Assembly: GCA_973851085.1 (NCBI GenBank)
Contig: OZ316775.1
Span: forward strand, 4,030,001 to 4,094,000
Length of the DNA: 64,000 nt
Source: Ptychomitrium polyphyllum
Lineage: Eukaryota
Direction of reading: 5' to 3'
Shown: piece after piece, positions 23,526 to 36,096 of the stretch
Numbering within the stretch: the first letter of the stretch is position 1
How the letters are laid out: the number at the start of each line of letters is the position of its first letter
Made by a program: the position numbers and the translations under genes
The notes under the pieces: generated by a model
The model's database searches: none
What the model saw: only the letters and a program-made list of their open reading frames with translations
What the model was told of the DNA's origin: nothing

Positions 23526-26500
23526 CCTTCAAGCCCTACCTCTTGTTTTACATTTCCTATCAGAATTAAATTGTTAGATGATGAAATAATTAGTAAGGCT
23601 CTTTTAGACACTGGTGCAACGGCATGTTTCGTGGACAAAGATTTTGCAACCAAACATCACATGGTGCTTGTAAACAAAAAATATCCCGCACCTGTTGAAG
23701 TTATTGATGGACAATTTCTTGCGTCTGGCAACGTTATTGAACAAACTCAACCTCTGGAGGTTGTTTTAGGAGATTAGGCATCTAAGATTGTCTTCAACAT
23801 TATTTAATGCAGAACAAATTCTATTTCTTTGGGCCTTCCTTGGTTTGAATTATATAATCCAGACACTTATTGGCGCTCACGGGATGTGGTCTCAAGGAAT
23901 AGACGTCAATGTACGAGAAATCTTGGACCATCATTTATTGGAGCAAAGGCATTTATGAGAGCGGCAAAGGATAAACCAATTTATGCCATTTATGCCATAC
24001 CAATGTCCAGCTTTATAATAAAGACTAATAAAAACATACTTCGTCAATATCAATATCATAAAGATGTTTTTGAAAAAAAGAATGCAGACATGTTACAAAA
24101 GCATTGGCCTTACGATTATACCATTGAGTTGCAAGAAGGAGCCCAACCACCTTTTGGACCTATTTATAACTTGTCACAAATTGAGTTGATTGCCTTGAGA
24201 GAATATATTGATGAAAACCTCGGAAAGGGTTTCATTCAACACTCTAAATCACCAGCTGGAGCATCCATTCTATTTGTAAAGAAAAAAGATGGATTATTAC
24301 ATATGTGTGTGGATTATTTTAGGCCTCAATAAAGTAACAAAAAAGAATCGCTATCCATTATGATTAATCTCTGGACTCCTAGAACAACTTGGTTAAGCAA
24401 AGATACTCACCAAAATTGACCTTAGAAGAGCCTACAATCTTGTATGCATCAAAGAAAGAGACAAATGGAAGATAGCTTTTTGATCTAGGTATGGTCATTT
24501 TGAATACAATGTCATGCCTTTTGGCCTTACTAATGCTCCCGCAGTCTTTCAACATATGATGAATGATATCTTCCATGAACATTTGGACGATTTTGTAGTC
24601 ATCTACTTGAATGATATTTTGATATATTCAAAGGATGAATAAGACCACAAATGTCATGTGCGACTAGTCTTAGAAAAATTATGCCAGCAAGGATTATATG
24701 CCAATTTAGAGAAGTGCCTTTTCCATGAATCCTTGATTGAATTTTTAGGCTACATCATTTCCAATAAAGGAATCCATATGGATAAGAGGAAAATAAGCAC
24801 TGTCATAGAGTGGAGTACGCAAAGATCAATTCGAGATGTTTAGTGCTTCTTGGGATTTACAAACTTCTACAGGATATTCACCAAGGATTATTCCAAGATT
24901 GCGGCACCATTAACACGTTTTACAAAGAAGCAAAAATTCATTTGGAATGAAGAAGCGGAAAAAAATTTCAAAATATTAAGAAGTCAGTCACGGTGGCTTC
25001 AATCCTTATTCATTAAAATCCATCAAAGCCTTTCTAGTTGAAAGCAGATGCCTCAGATTTTGCGCTTGGCTCAGTACTGTCATAATATGATGAAGACGGG
25101 AGACTTCACCCTCTTGCTTTTTGTTCAAGGAAGTTCTCAGCGGTAGAAATCAACTATGATATACATGATAAAGAATTAGCAATTGTGGATGCGTTTGAGG
25201 AATGGCGACACTTGTTGGAAGGAGCTTAACATACCATTACAATATATACAGACCACAAGAACTTGGAGGTTTTTTGAGTGCGCGTGTTTTGAATTGCCAT
25301 CAAGCAAGGTGGAATATGTTGCTTTTTAGATTTGACTTTGTCATTACCTATCGATCTGGTAGCTTGCAAGGTAAGCCAGCTGCCTTATCTCGAAGATCTT
25401 ATTTAGCTCCTCAACCTGGAGATGATGTTTTGGATCAACAAAGGACTAATTTATTGAAGCCAGAGAATCTTCAATTGAAAATAACAATTATTACAACAAC
25501 ATTCCATCTTGACGAAATTTCGAAGGCTTTCAAGAATGATGTCTTTGTCTCAAATATAAAGAAGCTCCTCAAAGACAATGGAGGTCCTTCAAATAGCAAT
25601 GAGGACTTTGAATTCCAAAAAAGCCTATTTTATTATGAAGGACTTTTGTACCTACTTCTAGGCCCTTTGCGATTGAAGATTCTTTAAGCACGTCATGATT
25701 TTCCAGCAGCAGGACATTTTGAATTCAATAAAACAATGGAGTTGATTGCTAGAGATTATTGGTGGCTACAAATGTAGAAGTACGTGAAAGACTTTGTTTG
25801 ATCATGCAACACTTATGCAAGAGCCAAGGTACCAAGGCACCAACCTCATGGTCTCCTCCATCTCTTTCTAGTGCCAAAGGGCCCATGATTGTCTTTATCA
25901 ATGGATTTTATCATAGACGTTCCAAACTCCGATTCTAAGGATTCTATTTTGGCAGTGGTTGATTAACTTACCAAGATGGTACATTTCATTCTATGCAATA
26001 AAACGATAACGGGAGAAGAAACCGCCAAGTTGTTCCTAAATCACATCTACCGCATACATGGATTACCAGATGATATTGTATCTGATCGGGAGCCGCAATT
26101 CATTTCCAACTTTGGGAAGGCTCTATTTCAGCTGTTGCGTGTAAAGATCAATCTTTCTTCAGCACACCATCCGCAAACTGATGGCCAAACCGAATGTGTA
26201 AATCAGATTTTGGAGTAGTATCTTTGTTGTAGCATAAATTACCAGCAAGACAACTGAATGAATCTCTTGCCTTTGGCAAAATTTTCTTACAATAATACAA
26301 TGCATTTTTTAACAACTCAAATTCCATTCTTTGCAAACTATGGCCATCATCCTTGAGCAAATCCATTTCAAGTGAAGCATGTTGGAAGTCCTGCAACAAA
26401 GGATTTTGCAATTCAACTTGCTAAAATTCATCAAGAAATTACCTTCTAGTTATAACAAGCTCAAGATCGTTACAAAACTTATGCGGATTGCCATCGGAAG

Positions 26501-27604
26501 GACCATCCAAATTTCAAGGTTGGAGATAGCGTATGGTTCCTACGACAAAATATACAAACAAAAAGACCATCAAAGAAGTTGGACTATCAAAGGCGGGGAC
26601 CGTTTGAAATCAGCAAACAGATAAATCCGGTTAATTATTGTCTAAAGCTACCACCAAGCATGCAAATTCATTCAGTATTCTACGTACTGTTGTTGGAAAC
26701 CTATAACAAATCATGTATATTAGAAAGAATTGTCCCTCCGCCTCCTCTGCTAGAAATCAATAATGAAGTTGAATATGAAGTGGAAGGGATCTTAGATTCA
26801 TACACCAAGAACGGACGTGTAGAGTACCTTATACATTGGCAAGGATATGGCATCAATGACCAAACATGGAAACCGTCAACAAATGTAACAAATGCATCCA
26901 AGAAGGTACGCAAATTTCATCAAAGATATCTTCAAAAATTAGATCACTAATGATGTGCCATCAGTAGCCGTTAGCTTTACAGCAAAGTTTTTCCTTCATA
27001 GACAAGTATAAGAAAGGAGGAGAAATATCCAAACCTCCAATTGTATGCAACATTTTTTCTAAGATAGATCATTTCTAGATTCTAGCTAGTATGTCAAATC
27101 TTTGTATTATCATGGATATGCGTGAAGAGTAGTCAGCCATGTTTTCATCAACAACAGCATCTGTTGAGCCAATTCAACTTTCTCAGCTTTCGGTGATGGA
27201 GGATCTGAGCCAAGATATGAGAGGAGCATTCTAACATCGAGTACGACCTTATGCAGAAATATTGGCTAGTCGCCCTTTACATTCCAGTCTTGATTCAGAT
27301 ACTCGCGCTCTAGTCATCTTATTAGAAATTGGAAGAATCACTCTTGGAGGACCCAAAATCTTGTTTGGAAGATGTTTTAAAGGACTTAATTAAGATCAGA
27401 TCTTGGGATGGGACATTTCAACAATAGAAGTCTTGGCTGGTGGTCATCGGCATTTCTCGCAAGGACCAATTGAACCAGTGAACAAAAAACAACGAGCAAA
27501 ATATGTTGCTTCACTCCTTCGACAAATTTTGGAATTTGTAGAAATGTGACAAGCAAGCCAAGAAAAGAGCTCCTCATGGGACTTGTCGCTAAATGGAGAG
27601 GTGA

Positions 27605-28281
27605 TGTCACGGATATAGATCATGCAACATAGTCCTTAGAACATTCTAGAATCTTCTAGTATAACGTAATAGTTTTTTAGAATACTTTTAAATGTCTCCA
27701 TAGCTTTTCTATGTTCTTAGGAAGCTTTTTAGGAAAGTTCTTCTACCTTAGGAAACTTCCTAGGAAGGTTCTATTATCTTAGGTAATTTCTTATGAAATT
27801 TCCTATAAAGATTCCATTTCCTTAGGAAACTTCCTAAGAGGCTTCCATCATCTTAGAAAACTTTTTAGAAAAGTTCCACTACCTCAAGAAACTTCCTAAG
27901 AAGGTTCTACCTCTTTAAGAAACTTTCTAAGAAGGTTCTGCTACCTTAGAAAACTTCCTAAGAAGGTTCCAACTCCTTGGAAGCTTCTTGAGAAGGTTCC
28001 AACATCTTAGGAAACTTCTTTGGAAGGTTCCCTAAACTTCCAAATCATTCTTAAACCTTGTAAGAAGCTTCTTTAGAAGTATCATAAGAGATACAAACGT
28101 TATAGTATAAATAGGAGGCAAGACAAGGTATTCCTTAGTCTTGCCAATACAAGTTGTAGATCATCTTAAATCCTGCCTTGTTCTAGTCTTTGTATCAAGT
28201 TCTTGTTAATCATTAGCTCCTTGAAAGCTAATTCTTTGGGAAACACTTTGTTTCTGCTTCTTATTTCTTGTGTCCTTAACA
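27605..28281 (+). repeat. 3' LTR (677 bp)
   Basis: TGTCACGG...CTTAACA; colinear with the 5' LTR except for four extra ~31-bp units. Confidence 0.93.
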
Positions 28282-28631
28282 AGTGAAGCCAATTGCAGTT
28301 TAAGAATGCCTTACCATCTTTTTATGATCTTGAATTAATAGATGGAATCATAGAACCAAATGTTAATACAAATGGCTTGAGATTTAGGCATGATAATCAC
28401 AATGGTAGTGTTGTTATGCATGAAGGCTTAATCAAACTAAAAGGTGATTTTTTGGCCTCAATATGGACTTGAAAAACGTGTGCAAATTGGAGTGGATTAA
28501 TTTGCATGAGTAATAATGACCATGTCTACAATGGATGCCAACAGGGATATAACAATAGCATTTGTAGCTATGCCTAATATTGAATTAATCTTCAAATCCT
28601 TGAAGCCATTGGAGGCCCTCAAAACCTTTAA

Positions 28632-29775
28632 TATCGCGCACTTCTCCTTGAGGAGTGCATGCAACACTAAGGACACAAGAAGGACCCCGGAGTGACGTCC
28701 GGGACTTGTGGCGCCGATAATGAGGGGAACCGAGTGAGCCTAGCGTGTGAAGGACCCCTAGGGGGAAAAACATCCTTGCCCATGTAGACCGAGGGCCACA
28801 AAGGGTAGATTGTGGGCATTGGAGGAATCACGAAGAGCTGATTCTAGAATGCTAAAGATTGCCCAAATCAGATAAGGGAGCTAAAAGTTATGGCATCCCA
28901 AAGTTGGGGTTGCCAAGGGGCTGTTTTGGAGTGTGGCAGCCCTACACAGTGACTGTACTGGACTGGGACAGTCCAGGGAAGATCTCCCCGGGAGTCCCGA
29001 ACCTTGGAAGAGGCGTATCTCCCACAATACTAACTCAAATTGGACATTTGAGGAGTCTATCCGCATCTACGTGGAGAGTAGATGACAATAGAGTGGTTGT
29101 TCAATACATTCGGACACCAGATGAGGAAGATATGGCTCCCTGAAGGTCCGCTGGGAGTCCCGGAGGCTTCCAGCGGCTAAGTCCCAAGGGAGATCGGGTG
29201 GTCTTCCAAAACTTTAGGTGTGTCGGGGTTCAGCCAGCTACAAAGGGCCAGGGGGCCTGCCGAATCCCACAAAGAGTACTATAGGGGAGGGTTGGTCCCC
29301 CTCCTCACTCCCATAGTGTCCCAATAGGAACCAAGGGTGAGTCCCGGTTGGTGGAGCTAGTGTTGGGGCTTCACCACGGGACTTCCACACCATTATGAGC
29401 CGGAAGATGGCCGGTTTCACGGAGGAAATTAGCACGTTTAAAAGGGTACACTTGTTACCACTAAGTTGGGGTGGTGTCTTCACGCCGGCACCATGATGGC
29501 CCAGGGTGATCTTAGGATCACATGGGAATCATGAGTGGTGGTGAGGAGATACCACTAAGTGCGGTTAGGCCGTGTGAAATGGGAGTAACACCAAGTGAGG
29601 CCTTGGACATGAATGGAAGTCCGCACCTAACCATTGGCTACTAATAAATTGGGTGTCCTAAGAGAAATGGTAGAAAGACTTGGAAAGTGAGAATGGGGGT
29701 TAACCATGTGCATGTGGAGGTGTACAGAGTTGACGCGCGTGACGCTTGTTAAGGTGCATTACAAGGGTTGCGACA
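28632..29775. mobile_element. Probable solo LTR of an unrelated family (1144 bp) with 5-bp TSD
   Basis: Termini T(A)TCGC...GCGACA, an inverted TGTCGC with one mutation. Flanked by TTTAA at 28627-28631 and 29776-29780. GC-rich relative to flanks, no TE coding motifs. Confidence 0.8.
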
Positions 29776-32088
29776 TTTAAGGCCTTTGACTTTGAAGGCA
29801 ATACTTACACTCTTTGCAGCAACCTTATAACGCGTCTAATGTGCCATCAGTATCATCTTCAAGCACAATGGTGGCAACCTTTGTACAAAGATGCAACTTC
29901 TCCTCCTCCTCTTTAGCTAGACAAAAATCCACAAGGCAATTTAAATATTATGCTTCACCTTGTAGGTGCAAAATGGACCAATTCCGCACTTATATTTAAA
30001 TGTACATATAGATAATGGATGTTTAATTTGTCTTATTGGATAGATACAATTCAATATTCACTATAATGGAACAAACAATAATTTTGAAACCATTTGGTGA
30101 TTGCATAACCAATGTATAACGTTGAGATTTGAGACTTTGGAGTTTTCCATTATAGTGAATATAATAGTATATGCTAATAAGACTTGTGGAAAGACAACAT
30201 TCTTAGCTACCAATATATTTTGTAAGTACTTAATAAAAAAATATCTAAATTTTGAAAGAAGACACAAAATAACATTGAAATGAAAACAAAAAAAAAATGT
30301 TTCATTTAAACAAAACTTATTTCATGGCTTGAACATCAATTGATGTGTCAAGAACTTTAGAAGTGGTAGTGAATGACACTTCCATTTTGAAGAAGTTCTT
30401 CTTTTGTAACATGATCTTCCAACACTCCATATAATCTCTAATATTCATGATATTAAGACTTTTTAATCAACAATGGATATGTTTTCAAATTTGTGCACTA
30501 CTACATCTTTAAGCTACAAATCCAAAAAAAATTAAATTCATGGCATGGAATGAGGAAATCAACCGCTTTTTGAAGATCAATGAAAATCCATTCAATATGC
30601 TTATAGAATTTGGAGACATAATTGTCACTTAACTAGTTCCTCTCTACATATCTTGGCCATATTGTAAACCATTGATTTCCTTAGACAACATTTTTGCTCC
30701 TAGGCATAAAAGCTCAAATTATACATTATATAGGAGCCAAATGTACCACTAGCTTCTTGCCAATAAAAACTCCAAATAAAAAGGATCTCAAGAGTAATAT
30801 CTTTAAAAAGACCCGCATGATTAAATACAAAAACATAAAAAGAAAAGTTTCCATATCTGTAACATATCTATTAAAAAATGAGCCTAATCAAGGACAAAAG
30901 TACCACCATGCACAAATGGAATAAATATTCTAAAGTAGAAAAGATACATCTATAGACTCAAAACATGCTTGAATGAATCTAACATTTGCTCCTTTTTCCA
31001 TTGAATTTCAGACTCTTCAATATCCATGACGTGATCCATATTCTATTTCATATTTGTACATTCTATTGTTTCATTGTCTTACCTCTTGAGTCTAAGCTCA
31101 AAGCATCCATGTAAGATTTTAATTTTCGTTCTATTTATATCCTATATATATATATATATATAATTTATGGTTAAATTTAAAACTTTTAAAATGTTTTGGT
31201 ACAAACTTAGTAATTTTTAAATAAACATTATCCATTGCTCATATATTACTACTCACCGCTCACATGTTATCCCTCAATGCTCAATGCTCACCATTTAGCT
31301 AGAGTGGAGTGCAAAAGTGCAAAAAGACGCTGCATTCACGTCCATGCCTTCCGGGTAGTTGTTGTTGCTCATCTTACATGGTTGCAGCAATTTGGGCTCA
31401 TTCCAGTCAGAAATTGCGACGCTTCGAGCTGCCAGTGGTTGCATCTATGAGGCTCACAGTACAACCTCTCTGAGAGGTCTCATGAGCCCTGACAGGATGC
31501 AAGTCTGCATCGATTGTACTTTTGTCATGTGCAAGGTCGGCAGAACTTGAGGAGTTTGGACTTTGCGAGGGAACTGGACAAGTTTTTTGGAGTCCAACGC
31601 CAAGCCGCAAGACGACCTCGAGGTTCAAATTTTCTGCAGCCTGGGGTGGAGAGCAACTGATTACTGTCATAGCCAGCGAGCACACAGTATGATGGCATCT
31701 CTTCAGACAATGGTTGTCCATGTATTCTAATGGTGATGCGTGGTTGGACTACGTGATTCTCCAAGTAGTCCTGACAGCCCCAAGGTGCCATGGCCCACTT
31801 AATCTTTGTCAACTGCTTGCGTGCAGCTTTGATCACGGTTTCAGTTAATCATTCTGACTTAGAACAGCCTTTCATCATCGTAAGCTGATATCAATCTTCA
31901 GGAGCGCGACTCCAGAGGAACTGCCTGTCTCCTTACACTGATAATATAGGATTAATAATTTAGAGATTCCAGTTACTCGAGAGTAAGTAACTTATCAATC
32001 CAAAAATAATAGTAGAAATCTGCTCATGCTTTTAAGTCTTGGGACATGTTCTAAATATGCAGGTTAGCGAGGAGAGCAGAACAAAGTG

Positions 32089-34793
32089 ATGTGGGTGAGG
32101 AGGCATTCGGGAGTTGCGTCCTGGCTAATGGAGTCTTCCTTGCTTGTAGCGGTGGTATTCTTGGCTATGGTGTGTTGTGTACAATGCAGGCACGAACTTC
32201 TGCTGAATGAGCCTTCCATGACCCAGTTGCCTGTATCTGCCGACCTGTTCTTGTCTGATGCACTGCAGACCATCGACCCACAGTAGGTTACTTTGCCTCT
32301 CGTTGTTTTCCTTTCCAGGTTTCAATTTGAATCAATATAGAATGTTGCGAGGAGCGTGTTAGAGAAATATTACAATGGTCATTACGAGCCTGACATCACA
32401 TTTGAGTTCTAGAAATTGCGATTTAGGCTCTTTTACTTGTTTGTCCTGTTGTAGAAAGCAGTAATTGCTCCTGATCAATGTCGATCTTGACGTCTTTGTG
32501 TAGTTATGTCGCAAGGAAGAGGAACACTACTATGCGGATTTTGTCGTCTGCCAATGGAAATCCGGTGGACGATTGCTGGCGCTCCGATCCCAACTGGCAC
32601 AATAATCGCCAATTGCTTGCCAATTGCGCCATTGGATTTGGTAAAAACGCTGCTGGTGGTAAAGCTGGTAAAGTGTATGTTGTCACAGATGATAGCGATG
32701 ATGATGTGGTTAACCCAAAGGAGGGCACTCTACGCTACGGCGTTTTGCAGAAAGAGCCGCTGTGGATCATATTTGACCGTAACATGAAGATTAAGCTCAA
32801 GAATGAGCTTATTTTGACCTCGTCTAAGACCATCGATGGGCGGGGGGCTAACGTTCACCTCTCTGGAGGAGCTGGGCTCAAGATTCAGTTTGTTCAAAAC
32901 ATTATTGTTCATGGGATTCATATGCACAACATTGTGCCCACAGGTCCGGCTACGATTCGTAGCACTCCAGATCATGTGGGACAGAGACAGAAGACGGATG
33001 GCACCGCCATAGCCATCTTCACCAGTCATGATATCTGGGTGGATCATTGTTTCTTCTCGAAGGCTGACGATGGACTTGTCGATGCGATTCGTGGCAGTAC
33101 TAGAATCACTGTTTCAAATTGTTACTTCAGCCACCAGGATAAGGTACATGAGTCCCCTCACGCTGCCTGCAATGTCCTTGTGGCCCTCCTAATTAATGTT
33201 CATTTACTTGAACACGAAAGTGGTTAGTTTTGAGAACTTGAAAGAGCAAAAGTGTGTTGCTGAATATAGGTTATGTTGTTTGGAGCGCACAAGCAAGACA
33301 CAGAAGATAGAGACATGACAGTCACGGTGGCGTTCAATCACTTCGGACCTGGTCTTATCCAGCGCCTTCCCAGGTGCATACCCGCTAAATTCCAGAATGA
33401 GGCAAGCCAGTTTCTAGGTTAGACTGGGAGAATGGCATGGCCAGTTTGATGTTTCTGATCCTGACTGTCTTTGTGAGCTTATTGGAACTTTACATGCATG
33501 TTAATGTATTAGGAAGGAGCATGTCAGACATGAGATGGGTTAACACTGCCTTTCTCTTGTACAATTCGCGAAGTCTTGTTAATTGCGTTTGTTTGTTGGT
33601 AATCGCAGGATGCGTTTCGGGTACTGTCATGTAGTTAATAACGACTACCCCTCAGGGTGGGGAATGTACGCCATTGGAGGGAGTGAAGACCCCACGTTTC
33701 TTAGCGAAGGGAATCGGTTCATGGCATCAAACACTAAGGAGGTGCGATTGACTTCCAAACCTTACAACTCGTACTCCTGGCAGAATCTGTAAACCTTGCA
33801 GTCTTGGTGTTCTTAGTGTTGTTGTTAGCGCCCACTCTGCTTTAACATCATTTCTGTACAAGCGGAGGGAAGTGGACATTGAAGGTCAGTTTTTTGTTTG
33901 TATATGGCTATGTTTTATATAGCTAAGGCGTTACCAGCTACGGAAATTTCCTTGGTTCTGTAATAATCATCGTTGCATTTGACCAGCACTGGACTTATAT
34001 CGAGTTCACAGTCCCGCTCCAGTCCCCAAGTGGTACGAAGAGATTTCTGTCGATTTTACCTTGACATTCATTCTGTCACGATTCTTTCGAAGACCTTTTT
34101 CGTTATTGTTGAAGTCATTTCTAAATATCCTCAACAAGATCACAAACTCACCTTGCTGTAGCATGGGGATGCTTTGAAGCTTCAGGTCATGGTTTCACGT
34201 GCCATTCTCCGGAAACTCCTGGATTATTTCTGTGTGACTGAAAATCAGGTTAGCAAACACCAGAACAGTTCTAGGTTCTCACAACATTCTTGCTGGTGTC
34301 CTGATATCAGGTTACCAAGCGCGTGGATGACGGAGGCAAGAGTTACGGTGGCGAAGAGAACTGGAACTGGGCTTCTAGTGGTGATTTATTTCTGAACGGT
34401 GCTATATTCAAAAGCTCAGGAGCCAGCGATGGGGCATCAGTATACAACATGGCCACTAGTTTGTCAGCTCGTCCGGCATCTCTGGTAGAGTCTATCACAA
34501 GCGATTCGGGGCCCCTCATGTGCACAGCTGGGGTACTCATCTGCACAACTCTTTCCTTGCAAATCTCTTAAAAACAGCCCTATCTCTTGCGATAGGAACC
34601 TATGGCATAACTACTAGGCATAACATCACGACCTATTTTCTGACCTTGTTTTTCACATGTGCAGGATGGATACTGTGCCGGGAACTACGACATCCAGTCG
34701 ATCAGCAATGGCGTTGAGAGGCAGCAATCACGGTCGTTCTCCGTTTCAATCTGCTCAACTGTGTTTCTACTGTTGCCTGTCATTTTGCATTAA
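32089..34793 (+). CDS. Pectate lyase (PL1 family), secreted, probable GPI-anchor tail
   Basis: Exons 32089-32282, 32504-33143, 33270-33373, 33609-33741, 34311-34532, 34665-34793. Motifs [48 protein letters not shown]-terminal hydrophobic signal. All introns GT-AG and in phase; the last exon is inferred. Confidence 0.93.
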
Positions 34794-36096
34794 AATTGGA
34801 GCCCTTAAGGTGGACAAACCTTACAAACGGTCCAATTTGTTCAACATGAACGTTGTGATTGCCTCAACGTGCTCGGTTGATGTCTGCTTAAAGACAATGA
34901 GGCCATTGAGCGAGGAGGCAATGTGCCAACATTGCACTGTTTTCTTCAACTGGTGGCTTACCAAAGAGAGCTAATACTGTATATCCCTAGAGCTGATACC
35001 CCTCAGAGAGGCAACTTCATGTGACACCACCAGGGGCGAGAAACAACGAGCTAACAACACGTTGAATCATTTGGTGTAGAATTTCATGCAGAAGCACCAA
35101 CAATATCTTGCACAACATCGTAACACCTTATGCATTTTTTCAAACTGTACCTGAGATTATGTAAAATAGTTTCGCTCACTGAGTATCTGAATGCTTTCGA
35201 TTCCAAAGACAAAATACGATTGGCGCTTTGTGTTGCATATGTATTTCCTCTAACTTAAAAAAATAGTATATTCTTCAAAGTAAGTCATTAATGACTTAAG
35301 GCATTTGCTTCTTTATTGAAGCTTGCAAATATAACAAGATAACCTCAATTTTGAAAACATGCTTATTGTAGTTTATTTATCCATATATCCAGTATTCATT
35401 ATTAATAATATCCACATGCTACACATTTTCATCAACTAATGATGTTGGTGGTTGCTACCTTCTAGTAGCAAGTATAAAAAGGCAAAAAAAAAGTTATTAA
35501 AAATAAGCCCCCCTAAGTCTGCATAATATACTATGTTGATTTTTTTTGTTACATTTATTGTTTTTGGCCATTATATGACCTTTTGAGCTTTATATAAGAT
35601 AATTCAAAATTAAAAAATTATGAAAGTATGAAAAAAAAATAATATCTATAAATGTAAATGTGGTGTTGAATTTTTTAAAACAATCCTAAAGTAGAATTTT
35701 CTTAGCAATTTCATGATGTTACAATGACATTTAAAACTAAATACAACCAAATCAATTTGAACTTGAAAAGAAGCATTGATTTAATATAGCTCAATGAACA
35801 TTTATATTACTATAGCTATTATATAGCTATTAAATTTGTGACAAACAGCACTATCCAAATTTCAAATGTCATTCTAATGATAACTTAAGGATGATTATTT
35901 ATCCAACCACAAAAAAACTCATGTGACAAACAATGTTGTCATATTAATTATTTTTTCCCTACTGTAAGAATTGCATGTACTGTTTCTCACAACCAATTTT
36001 TCTATTAACAAAAGTGGAATGATACTACCTTTTTCAAATAATTCCGCAAATTATCCATAACTAGTTAAGTACGTTTTCTAACTGGAAGTTAATCAA

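Larger units (their letters stand above)
21819..28281 (+). mobile_element. Near full-length degenerate Ty3/gypsy chromovirus (Tcn1/Tf1-sushi-like): LTR-gag-pro-RT-RH-INT-chromodomain-LTR
   Basis: LTRs 21819-22370 and 27605-28281 (TG...CA). Gag PKISMPDKFNRSRSKLRGF, protease LLDTGAT, RT (GPIYNLS, SKSPAGASILFVKKKDG, YLNDIL), RNase H, integrase (HGLPDDIVSDRE, SAHHPQTDGQTE), GPF motif, chromodomain EYEVEGILDS..VEYLIHWQGY..TWKP. Purine-rich AAATGGAGAGGTGA before the 3' LTR. Many stops. Confidence 0.97.

Noticed and set aside
27600..28286. GGTGA/AGTGA flanks suggesting the 3' LTR is a separate solo LTR with a TSD
   Set aside because: The left GGTGA is the end of the purine-rich PPT contiguous with the internal region, so the match is probably coincidental.
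31235..31836. GC-richer patch with several overlapping short ORFs upstream of the pectate lyase
   Set aside because: No recognisable motif or consistent exon structure.
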